Assembly: GCA_014905635.1 (NCBI GenBank)
Contig: JABVCE010000031.1
Coordinates: forward strand, 248,001 to 312,000
Reading direction: 5' to 3'
From: Scenedesmus sp. PABB004
Lineage: Eukaryota
Length of the DNA: 64,000 bases
Of this stretch, positions 32,559 to 51,018 are shown one piece after another. The notes beneath the pieces are model-generated. The model did not search any database. It was not told where the DNA came from and saw nothing but the letters and a program-made list of their open reading frames with translations. Position 1 is the first letter of the stretch, and every line of letters begins with the position of its first letter. Made by a program: the position numbers and the translations under genes.

Positions 32559-35501
32559 ATGCGCGCCCTGTCCGCGCCCCGCGGCCTGCGGCCGCGCATT
32601 GGGCCGCCCGGCGCGCCGTCACAGCGCCGCCGCGTGTCGGCGGTGCGCTCCGCCCAGCCGGCGGTGGAGGCGGAGGCGGCGTGGCGCTGGGCGGGGCGCG
32701 ACGAGTACTCGGACCTGGGCGACCGCGTCGACGCGCCGCCGCTGCGCCTGCCCGCCATCGCGGCGCGCAAGCGCATCGTGCTGGTGCGCCACGGCCAGAG
32801 CACGTGGAACGCGGAGGGCCGCATCCAGGGCAGCAGCAACTTCAGCTGCCTCACCGCCAAGGGCGCCGCGCAGGCGGAGACGACGCGCGACATGGTGCGC
32901 CCGGCGCCTGGCTGGCCGCCCACCAGTTCCGGCAGCGCCGCGACTGCGGCGCCGCGGCGGCGAGCGGCGTCGATCGATCGCTGCCGGCGCTGCGCTGGCG
33001 CGCCGCCACCGAGCTGGCCGCGACCTGCCGAGCTGGCCGCCGCCCGCCCCCGCGCCCGCCGCCGCAGCTCAAGGACGACAGCTTCGACGCGCTGTTCGTG
33101 AGCCCGCTCACGCGCGCGGCCGAGACGGCGGCGATCGTCACGCGCGGCCGCGGGCAGCTGCGCCGCGTGGAGCTGCCGGCGCTGCGTGAAATCGACCTCT
33201 ATTCATTCCAGGCGCGCCCAGCAACACCGCGCACGCCGCACGCGCCGCGCCGCTCGGCCCGCCGCGCGGCCGGCGCAGGCGCCCGCGCCGGCGCGCCGCG
33301 CCCTGCGTCGGGCGGCAGCACACCGCGCGTGGCGCGCGCGAGCGCACAGGCGCGGCGTGAGCGGGCGCCGCCGCGCCGGCGCAGGGGCTGCTCAAGGCCG
33401 AGGGCAAGGCGCGCTACGGGGACGCGTTTGCGACGTGGCAGCGCGAGGCGGACGCGTTTGAGATCGACGACCACGCGCCCGTGCGCGAGCTCTGGCACAG
33501 GCGCGCCCGCGCAGCAGCAGCGGGCGCCCCGCAGCGCGCCGCGGCCGCGCCGCCGACGCGCCCGCGCCGCGCAGGGCGAGCCTCGCGTGGCAGGACATCC
33601 TGTCGGGCGACGGCGACGAGCGCTGCGCGCTCGTGGTCGCCCACAACGCGGTCAACCAGGCGCTCATCGCCTCGGCGCTCGGCCTGCCGCCGCGATACTT
33701 CAGGCGGCTGCTGCAGGCGCGCCGCGGCAGCGCGGCGCGGCAGCAGCGCGGCGCAAACAGCGGCGCGGCGCGGCAGCGGGCGGCGCTCGTCTGCCCCGCT
33801 AACACCCCCCGCACACGCTCGTACGCACCCGCCTGCAGAGCAACGCCGCCACGAGCGTGCTGGACTTCCAGCCGGGGCCGACGGAGAGCAGCCCGCCGCG
33901 CGTGACGCTCGACCGGCTCAACCAGGTGCGGCGCCCACGCCATGCGCACAGGTAGCGGGCTGTGGGTGCTTGCCCCGCCCAGGCTGGCCCTGCGGGCGCC
34001 AGCCCCCTGCTGCGGCGCGAGCGGGCGGGAGCGACCGCACGGCCCTGCCGCCATCATGCCGCCGCTGCCCGCCGGCCGCGCCGCGGCGCAGAGCCCCGGC
34101 CGGCCGTACGCCGCCGACGCGGGCGGGCGGCCGCCGTGCGGGCGGCTCGTGCTCGTGCGGCACGCGGCGACGGACGCCGACAGCAAGGGCCTGCTGCTGG
34201 GCAGCCGGGACGAGCCGCTGAGCGCGCTGGGCAACGTGCAGGCGGGCAAGGTCGCAGAGTTTCTGCTGGACATGAAGGCGAGCGGGCGCCCCACGCGCGT
34301 TCAAACGGGCGACAGCAGCGCCGCGCGACAGCTGGGCGCGCGCGCGGCCGCACGCGCGCGCGGCGCCGCCGCGGCGCCCGGCGGCGACGGCGCGCCCCCG
34401 CGCGCCCGCGCGCCCGCAGGTGCACACGGTGCTGACCAGCCCCGCGCGGCGCTGCCTCAGCACGGCGCAGCTGGTCGCGCAGCTGCAGGTTGAGGCGAGC
34501 CGCGCGGGCGCCGACGTCGCGGCCGGCAGCGCGGCGTCCAAGCCGCCGCGCGTGCTGGTGCTGCCGGAGCTGCGAAACCTCGACGTCGGCGTGTGGGAGG
34601 GCCAGCCCACGCGCATGGTGCGCGCACCGGCCGGTCGCCGGGTTGGGGCGGGCGCCGGGTCGGGCGCGCCGACACCGCCGCCGCCGCGCGCGCGCTGCTG
34701 CCACGCAGGTCGCCGACCGCGGGGGGCTACCCGCGGCGGCGGCGGCCGCCGCCGCCGGCGCGTCGGGGCCGGCGCTGCCGCCCAGCGATGCTGCGTATTC
34801 TCCCGGCCTTGAGGACCTGGGCGAGTTCTGGTTCCGCACGGGTGCGCCCCGCTGCAGACGCGCGGCGCTCGCGACGTGGCTCGCGCCGGGCGCGCCGCCG
34901 CCCCGCACGCGCGACCCCGCGCGCGCCGCGCCCGCGCACGCGCCCGCCCGCGCCGGCGTGCACAGAGGCGGCATGGAACAAGCTGGTGGACGCGGTGGAC
35001 CTGCACGGCGGCAGCAACGTCGTCGTCGTCTGCCACGCCGCGACCGCCGCCGCGCTCGTGAGCCACTGCCTCGGCCTCGGCCCGGAGGGCCTGCCCCTGC
35101 TCAGGTGCGCCGCACGCGCGCGCACACACGCGGGGCCTCGCGCGCGCGGGCGCTCTGCGCTCTGCGCTCCGCCGAGCGCGCGCCGAGCGCACGCCTGCCT
35201 TTTCGCCTGGCCCGCAGGTTTGACGCCGCCGGCGTGTCGATAATCGACTTCCCGGACGGCGGCCGCGGCGGGCACGGCGTGCTGCGCACGCACAACTACA
35301 CGGCGCACCTCGGGCGGTGCGCGCGCGCGCGCGCACGCGGCCGCACCCGCGCAGCCGCGCCCGCCCGCGGCGGCGCGGCCCGCGCGCGCCGCGCGTCGTG
35401 CGCTGACCGGGCGCGCCCGCCGCCGCGTGCGCAGGTGGGCCGTGCCCATCACGCGGGACGACCTCGACAACCAGGTCTGCGGCATCGACGGCTGCTTCTG
35501 A
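32559..35501 (+). CDS. CA1P: 2-carboxy-D-arabinitol-1-phosphatase-like protein (two histidine-phosphatase domains, likely plastid)
   Basis: A transit-peptide-like N-terminus is followed by KRIVLVRHGQSTWNAEGRIQGSSNFSCLT, LREIDLYSFQGLLK, HAPVRELW and VVAHNAVNQALI. A second, degenerate domain has LVLVRHAAT...VVVCH. It ends VCGIDGCF*. Eleven exons, 4 GC donors. Confidence 0.88.
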
Positions 35502-35648
35502 TTCGGCGTGTGCGTGGGCGACAGGCGCACTTGACCTTCCTTGTGCCCCAATGAAAGGCGGGCACGCCCCGCAGCGAGCTGCTCTCTAGGCAATTTTGGC
35601 GCGCGCACGCGTGTACAGAGTGAGTGATTGACCTCAAGGTTCCTGCGG

Positions 35649-35694
35649 CGTGGCAACGTGGCAACGTGGGCAACGTGGGCGGCGGCGTGGCAAC
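35649..35694 (+). promoter_or_regulatory. Tandem CAACGTGG(G)C motifs (G-box/ABRE-like) upstream of CWC15
   Basis: CGTGGCAACGTGGCAACGTGGGCAACGTGGGC...CGTGGCAACG lies about 240-280 bp before the CWC15 ATG. Confidence 0.35.
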
Positions 35695-35930
35695 GGCACG
35701 CGCCCCGAGCGCGGACAGGGCTCTGCGGAACCGCCGCCGCCGCCGCCGCCCGCGCCGGGGCCCCCGCCGCGCCGGCCGCCACTCGCCCACTCCCCGTGCG
35801 CGCCGCTCTCCCCCTCGCGTGCCGGCCGTCCTGACAGCGCCGCGTCCCGGCTGCCTCCGCTCGCTCGCCCCGCGCTGCGCCCGCCCGGAGCCGCAGCCCC
35901 TCGCGGGGCGCCTGAGGGCGGCGGGTCGTC

Positions 35931-37299
35931 ATGACGACCGCGCACAGGCCCACATGGGCCCCCGCGCGCGGCGGGGAGGAGCAGGGCGGCATGCGCATCT
36001 TTGCGCCCTCCAAGCAGGTCTCCGCCAAGAACCAGGCCTCGCACACCAAGCTCAAGTTCAGGCACGTCCCCCGCCGCGTCGCTGGGGCGCGTCGCCCGGC
36101 CGCAGGGGGGGCTGGGCGGGCGCGGGGGGCGCCTGCCGAGCCCCGGCCGCTGCTGCCGCCCCCTGCGCGCAGGCAGGAGGGCCAGAACGCGCCGCACGAG
36201 CTCAAGCACCAGGACCTCAAGGTGGGGCGCCGCTCCCGGGCGGGCGGCTGCTGCCGCGCCGCCGGCGCCCCGGGCGCGGCGCCCGCCCGCCCGCCGGCAG
36301 CAGCAGCAGCAGCGCCGCCGCCCACGCCGCCGCCGCCGCCGCCCGGCCGCTGCGCGCAGGCCAAGCTCGAGGAGAAGGAGCGCAAGCACTTCCTGAAAGC
36401 CAAGGGCATCACCTTTGAGGGTGCGCGCTGGCGGCGCGGGCGCGGGCGCGGGCGTTGTCGTTGCGCACGCGGCGGCGCGGGCTGAGAGCACCGCGCCGCC
36501 GCTGTCGGGCGCGCGCAGAGGAGCGAAAAGCCGACCTCGCGCTGCTGGAGGCGGCGCCGCCGGACGGCGGCGGCGGCGGCACGCGGGCGCTCGTGCCAAA
36601 TGCAAAGGACGCCGACGACGTGGACGCAGACCTCAGCAGCGACGACAGCAGCGACGACGTGCGCGCCGCCGCACCAGCGGCACGCCGCACGCATGCGCCA
36701 GGGCTCCGCGGCCGCGCGTGCGCGGGCCGCGTCGCGTCGCCGCGCCCCGACGCGCCGCGCCCCGGCCCTGCTGCCGGCCCGTGCGTCGCGCGCGCAGGAC
36801 GGCGACTCTGACGACGACGAGGCGGAGCTCAAGGCGGAGCTGGAGCGCATCCGCGCGGAGCGCGCGGCCGAGGCGGAGCGGCGCGCCGCGGCGGAGGAGG
36901 CGAAGCGGGCCGAGGCGGTGCGCGCCGAGGTGCTGGGCGGCAACCCGCTCATGCAGGGCGGGGGCGGCGGCGAGGTGGACTTTGGGCTCAAGCGCAGGTG
37001 CGTGCGGGCGTGCGGGCGTGGGCGTGGGTGGGTGGGTGTGTGGGGTGTGTAGAGGGTGCGCGGCTCGTGCAGGCGGCGGAGGCGCAGTGGCCGCGCGCCA
37101 CGCGCCGCCGTGCGGCGCCCTCCCGCGCCCGCCCACGCGCGCCCACACCCGCCCGCACCCACGCGCGGCTGCCAGGTGGGACGAGGACGTGGTGTTCAAG
37201 AACCAGACGCGCGGCGAGGCCAAGGTCGGGCGGCGCTTCATCAACGACACCGTGCGCTCCGACTTCCACCGCAAGTTCCTCGACCGCTACGTGCGCTGA
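35931..37299 (+). CDS. CWC15: Spliceosome-associated protein CWC15/Cwf15
   Basis: [15 protein letters not shown]...HTKLKFR|QEGQ, then [22 protein letters not shown] and [17 protein letters not shown]...[21 protein letters not shown]. Six exons; the first donor is GC (36062). Confidence 0.96.
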
Positions 37300-37722
37300 G
37301 AGGCCGGCAGCCGCCGCCGCGGGGGCGGCGAGAGGCGAGGCGTGTGGCGAGAGCAGCGCGAGCGTAAGCACAGCGCGCCTGCGACCGTGGCTCCCGCGCC
37401 GGTGCGGTCAGACCGTGCCGCCGACGCAACGCAACACGCCGAGGAGCGCCTCGGCGCGGCCGCTGCCGAGAGGCCGCGGGCGCGTCGCGGCGGCGCAGCG
37501 CCGAGCCAAGACGCGCCCGCTGCCATGCCCAGGCGCCGTGCGCTCCCCCGCCACACACGCGCCGCACGCCCGCACACACACACACCCATCGCGTCGGGAG
37601 CGGCCGCAGGCACACGCCGCACACGCCCCGCCGCTGCTGCCGCAGCGCCGCCGCCACACGCTCGCCCGCGCTCGCGGCGCGGGCTTGGGGCCGCGGAGCG
37701 ACGCGATAGCATAGCTGACGCC

Positions 37723-40945
<3,223 letters not shown>

Positions 40946-41350
40946 CGGCGCGGCGCCACACGTGTGCGGGCGGCGGAGCGGCGCGCGGCGCGCGGCGCGC
41001 GTCGGCGGCGCGCACGTGCGGGGCCGGCGGGTCGGCGAGCGAGCTGCCGAGTTGTGTGTTGGAGCGTCGCGTCGAGCTGTGTGGAGTTGACGCTTTACCA
41101 AAGCCCACAGCCGATTGGTCCGCAGCGTGCCCAGCCCTCCCGCCTGGCCGCCGCCGCCCCGCCAGCGCGCGCCCAGCCGGCAGCGCACAGCCCTGCCGCG
41201 CTGCCGTGACCCCCCTCCCCTCCAAAAAAGGCGTCCGCGCGTGCGGCCAAAGAACGGTGCTCGCGACGACGGGCGGCGCCGCCCGCCGCGGCCTCCGCGC
41301 TGCGCTCCGCGCCGCCGCACCGCCGCTGTGTGCGCGGTGCTCGTGACCGC

Positions 41351-45329
<3,979 letters not shown>

Positions 45330-45740
45330 GGCCTGCGCGGCTAGGGGCCGCGGGGCATGCACCGGCAGGCCGGAACAGCGCCCTGCGCGCGCTGCTTCGC
45401 TGTCGATGCCGCGCGCCCCGCCCCGGGCGATCAGGCAGTCTGGAGAGTCGGCGAGCCGGCGGTGGCGGTGCCGGGCGGGAGTGGCGGGCCTGCTCGGCGG
45501 GGCGGCGGGCGCGGCGCGCGAGCGGCGCGAGTGTGAGTGCTGCGTCCGCCGGGCTGCCAGCTCAGAGCTGCCAGCTCAGAGCACCAAGCGCGCGGCGCCG
45601 CCGCCTGAGCTGAGCCTACCTGCCAGCCCAGATAGATCCGGTTGTCGCCGCGCACGCACGCCGCGCGCACACACCACGCGCGGCGCGAGAGGCGGGCCGG
45701 GTGGCGGCGGGCCGAGCTGCGGCGGAGCAGCGGCGGGCGA

Positions 45741-45772
<32 letters not shown>

Positions 45773-46218
45773 TGGCAGCACTGGCGCGCGCGTGCGCACC
45801 CGCCGGACCGCCGCGCGCTGCGAGCGGCGCCAAGCCCCGAACCCCGCGCCACGGGAATCGCTGCGCCGCTGCCGATTGGATGTGTCCTGGCACCCACCTC
45901 CAAAGCTCACACAGCTCACCGCACCCACCCAGCCGCCGCCGCACGCCGCCGCACGCCGCCGCTGCTGTGCATGCGCCGCTGCTCGTGGCGCTCTCCTCCC
46001 TAGCGCCCTCGCTCTCGACGATCAGCGCGCCGCTGAGACCACGCCACGCCGACGCGCCAGGCGGCCAGCCCCCGCAGCCGCGCGCGCCGGGAGCGCCGGG
46101 GCAGCAGCATCGGCATCGCCATCACCTGCCTGCCCCCGCGCGCACGGCGCCGCGGGCGGGCGGCCAGCGGCGCGGACGCGTCGCTGAGGTCTTGGTCTCT
46201 CTGGTAGCAGCAGCAGAC

Positions 46219-47576
46219 ATGGCGGACGGCGACGACCTGGCCTTCGACTTTGAGGAGCAGCTGGATGCCCGCCCCGTCGCCCTCCCAGCGCCAGGCGGCG
46301 GCGAGGTACGGCCCCGGCGAGCCCCCAATGCGCGCAGCGGCGCCGGGCGGCTCATCTCAAGAGGCGGCGCCGCCGACGCGGCGCGCACGCAGCGCACATG
46401 CGCCGCTGCTGCTGCCGCTGCCGCGCCGCCGCCCCATGCGCGCCGCGCCGCGCCGCTCCGCAGGGCGTCGTCGGCGGCCGGGCGCTGGTGGTCGTCGAGG
46501 AGGAGCTGCCGGCGGCGGCCAAGGAGAAGAACTACCGCCAGGCGCGCCCCATCAGCTGCCGCGCCCGCGCCCGCGCCCGCCGCCGCCGCTGCCTGCCGCG
46601 CCCGCGCCGCGCCGCCGACTCGCATGCCCCGCCCGCCCGCCCGCCCGCTGCAGACGGTGTGCGCGTTCTGGCTGCGCGGCATGTGCATGAAGGGCGACGC
46701 GTGCGGCTTCCTGCACAAGTTTGACCCCGCGCGCATGCCCGTGTGCCGCGTGTGGATGAAGAGCGGCGAGTGCAAGGAGCTGGAGTGCCCCTTCAAGCAC
46801 AGCCTGGACGACGTGAAGGAGTGCAACATGTACAAGCTCGGCTTCTGCATCTACGGGCCCAACTGCCGCTACAAGCACACAAAGCAGCCCGGTGCGCGGA
46901 CCGCGCGCGCGCCGCGCACCCGCCAGCGCCGCCAGCGCCGCCGGAGCGCGGCGGAGCGCGGGCGCGCGCCTGCTCAGCTGGGGGCTCTCACGCGCGAGCC
47001 CGGCTCACGCGGGCCGCCGCCGCCGCCGCCGCGCCCGCACCCGCGCAGGCCCGCCGCCCGACCCGGAGGGCGTGGAGGCGGCCAAGCCGCGCGAGCACCG
47101 CGACTGGCGCAAGATCATGGCCGAGTCGGCGCTCGACGGCGGCAGGAGCTACGAGGCGCAGCGCCTGGGCAAGCGCGGCAGGTGCGTGCCGCGCGCGCCG
47201 CGCGCCGCGCGCTGCGCAGCGGCGGCCGGCCCGCGCTCACCGCGCTCACCGCGCTCGCCGCGCCGCGCCGCGCCGCGCCGCCGCAGGGAGCAGCCGATGC
47301 TGGCGCTGCCGGCGGCGCAGGGGCGGCCCGGCCCGCACGGGCCGCCGCAGGCGCAGCGGCCGCAGCAGGCGCAGCGCGGCGTGCCCGGCCCGGGCGGGGG
47401 CTACGGCGGGGGCGGCATGGCGCAGATGCCGGCCGCCCTGGGCGGCATGCCCGGCGCGGCGGCGGCCAACATGATGCAGCAGCAGCAGATGGCCATGGGC
47501 GGCGCCTATGGCGGCGGTGGGGGCGGCGGCATGCCCGGCGGCAACGCGGGCATGATGCAGCAGGCCATGATGATGG

Positions 47577-47610
<34 letters not shown>

Positions 47611-47701
47611 CCAGCACCAGCAGCGCATGATGATGGGACAGCAGGGCGGCATGGGCGGTCAGCACATGCAGCGCGGGCAGCAGGGCAGCGGTCGCTGGTG
47701 A
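46219..47701 (+). CDS. CPSF30: Cleavage and polyadenylation specificity factor 30 kDa subunit (three CCCH fingers, plant-type short form)
   Basis: MADGDDLAFDFE, then NYRQ|TVCAFWLRGMCMKGDACGFLHKFDPARMPVC...CPFKHSLDDVKECNMYKLGFCIYGPNCRYKH...PGPPP. The tail is Gly/Met/Gln-rich. GC donor at 46542. Confidence 0.92.
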
Positions 47702-48372
47702 GGTTGGGCTTCCCTCCCGCGAGGCTGCGTGTGACGCACCCTCGCCGCTGTCCGCACGCCAAGCACGCACTGTGGCAAGCGGCGAGCGGCAGGCCGTGCG
47801 TAACACACCTGCTTCCGGGACCGCGCGTGTCACTCGGGCGACGAGCGGCGCGGTGCAGCTCCCGCCGCTGCAGGCCCGCACAGCGCGAGCGCCCGGCGGC
47901 ATTCGCGGGCAGCAGGAGGCCAGTGGGGAGGCAGAGCGCGCGCGTGCCCGTGTGCGAGGACCGCGTGGCGGGCCTGCGGCGGCCGAGGGCGGGCTGGCGT
48001 GAGCGCAGGTGGGCGGTGCGGCAGGCACAGAGCGGGGCGGCGCCGGCGGTGCGGGCCACCGGGCGCGTGCAGGCCGGCGGCATGCAGCGGCCCACGCAGC
48101 CCCAGCGCGGCGGGGGGCGGCAGCGCGGCCCGATTCGCAGCGCTGACAGCAGCGTGGGTCATCTATCACCGCGGCGCCGCCCGATGGGCGCCACGAGGGC
48201 GCGCCCGCCGGGAGGGGCCGCCGCGCGGGGCCGCAGCGGGCGTGCGATCCCGCCGGAGCGGCCGCCGGAGAACATGCAGCCTCGCCGACGCGCGCTGCCC
48301 CGCACCACAGGTCGCCCGCGAGGGGCAGCAGGCGGGCGCGCCCGCGCGCGGGCGGGCAGGCGCGCCTGCGCC

Positions 48373-49062
48373 ATGGCGGGCGCCCCAGATCGATGGCAGG
48401 ACGTCCTCGGCCAGCTGCGTGGCCTGGACTTCAAGGCGGAGGGCGAGCGGTGCGCGGCGGCGGGCGCCGCCGTTGGGCAGCTGGCGCGTGCGCCGCGTAT
48501 ATACGCCCGCGCGGCCACCGCCGGCCGCGGCGCCCAACGACACGCGGCACGGCCGCCCGGTGCTTCGGCTGTGGCACCGGCGCAGCCGCGGCCCTGGGGC
48601 GCCGCCGCACTGCGCGGCGCGGCGCGCGCGGGAGCTGCGGCAGCTGCGCACGGGGTGACGCGGCCGCCCGACGCCGGCGCCCGACGCCGCCGCCCCTGCG
48701 ACGCCGCCGTCGCGCCCGCAGGGTCAAGGCGGTCCTCGACGCGACGCTGGCGGCGGCCGGCGCCGGCGAGGGCGGCGGCGCGGAGGCCGCAGGCGGCGCG
48801 GACGCGACGCTCGAGCAGCTGCGCGACGCGCGCGCGCGCTACGCCCGCGGCGACGTGGACGGCGCGTGGGCGGTGGTCGAGCGCGTGCTGGCGGACGTGG
48901 AGGACGCCGAGGTGCGCGCCAGCGGCGCACGGCGCTTGCAGGACGCCCGCGCGCGGCAGCCCCCGCGCCAGCGCGCGCCGCGGCACCGGCACGACCGCGG
49001 TCGCCCGCCGCCGCCGCCCCCGCAGGCGCTGCTCATGCTCATGGCGGCGCCGCCGGCGGGCG

Positions 49063-49094
<32 letters not shown>

Positions 49095-50979
49095 GGGGCC
49101 GGCGGCGGGCGCGGCGGGCGCGGCGGCGCGCCGGTCAGCCCAGGCCGCGCCATCCCGACGGCCGGCCCCGCGCGGCAGGCGCCGCGCACGTGGTTTGAGC
49201 TCCTGCAGGACCTGCTGCAGCGCCTCGCGGAGCGCGCGGGCCACCCGCACAGCGCCGCCTCGCAGCAGCGCCTCGCGGACGCGCTCGCCGCGGCGCAGGG
49301 CGACGCGGCGGCGCGCGAGGCGGGCGTGGCGGCGCTGCTGGGCGAGCTGCTGGACATGGAGCTGCTGCAGGCGGAGCTGGGCCGCGTGGTGCAGGCGCTG
49401 CTGGACCAGGTGCGCGCGGGGACGCAGGCGCCAGGCGGGCCGCCGCAGGGCAGGGGGGGGGGGGTTAAGGCAGCGCGCGCGCGGCGCACTCGCGACGCCC
49501 GCCCGCCCGCGACCACGCCCGCCGCAGGTCGTCGAGCCGATGACGGCGCGGTGCGTGCAGTGCGGCGCGCTGCGCCAAGTGCGGCAGCCGGCGCCGCCGG
49601 GCGGCTTTGCCTGCGGCAGCGCCGCCGCGCTGCACCGCAGCCACGGCTGCGGCAGCGCGCCCGACCGGCCGTGCGACTGGCGCGTCGCGGCCGACGCCCA
49701 GATCCGCCGGTGAGCGCGGCGCCGCGCGCCTCGCGGTGCAGCGCGCCCAGCGGCGGCGCCGCACCGCACGACGCTGCCGCTGTCGCCGCCGCTTCGCAGG
49801 TCGAGCATCGACCTGGCGTGGTTTGGCCGGCACGGCCTGGCCGACCTGCTCGCCACCGTCCACGGCGGCGCATCGCACACGCACGCGGGCCGCGGCGGCC
49901 GCCACCACGCGCCGGCGCCGGCGCCGTACTGGCGGCAGCAGCAGCAGCAGCCGCGCTGGCCGGGCGGCGCGCCCGGCGGCCCCGCCGGGGCGGGCGCGGG
50001 CGAAGACTTTCCCATCCCGCTGCACCTCGTGCCGCGCAAGCCGCGCACCAGCCGGCAGAGCGGCGCGGCGCCGCCGCAGGGCCCGCCCGGCCCGCACCCG
50101 GGCGCGTTTGGCGCCGGAGGCGGCGGCGACCCGGACGCGCTGATGGCCGGCTACGCGTGCCAGCCGGCGTTCCAGCAGGCGGCGGCGGCGGCGGCGGCGC
50201 AGCCCTACGCCGTCGCGGCGGGCTACGGCCACCTGGCCGGCTACGGCGGCGGCGCCCCGCACCCGGGCGCGTTTGGCGCCGGCGCCGGCGGCTATGGCGC
50301 GGAGGCGCCGCCGTTCCCGGGCGGGCCGGGCGCGCGCGGGCTGGGCGGCGCCGGCGGCGGCGAGGCGGCCGACGCGCGCGCGGCGCTCGTGGCTGGAATG
50401 TCAGACGTGCTCGGCAGGGCCTCCGCCGGCGACGCGTCGGCGGCCAAGGCGCTGTCGGAGTTCATCGCCGCCGCGGCGGAGCGCCCCGGCGGCCAGGAGC
50501 AGCTGCTGCCGCTGCTGCAGGAGGCGCACGCGGCGGCCGCGGCGGCGGCGCCGCCGCCGCCGCCGCGCCCCGCGGCGGCCGCCGGCGCGCCGCTGATCGG
50601 GCTGGGCGACCTGCAGGCGGCGCTGCGCGACGCCAACCGGCCGCTGCCGGACGCGCTGCGCGCGCTGCTGGCGGGGCTGGGCATGCCCGGCGCGGCGGCG
50701 GCGGGGGCGGCCGCTGGCGGCGCGCCGCGGCCCGCGCCGCAGCCGGCGCTGAGCGGCTCGGCGGTGGTGGACGCGCTCGCGGCGGCGCTGGGACGGCCTG
50801 GCGGCGGCGTGAAGCGCAGCGCCAGCGCGGCGGGGCTCGCAGACCTCGCGGCCGCGCTGGCGCCGCCGGCGCAGCGCGCCGGCGCGGCCGCGGCGCCCCC
50901 GCCCGCCGCACGGCAGCAGTCGGGCGTCGCGTCGCTGCTGCAGCAGCTGCTCGGCGGCGCCGGCGGCGCCGGTGCCTCT

Positions 50980-51018
<39 letters not shown>

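Noticed and set aside
27121..35501. Two histidine-phosphatase genes flanking COG7 as a functional cluster or local duplication
   Set aside because: They belong to different subfamilies with different exon structures, so chance proximity is sufficient.
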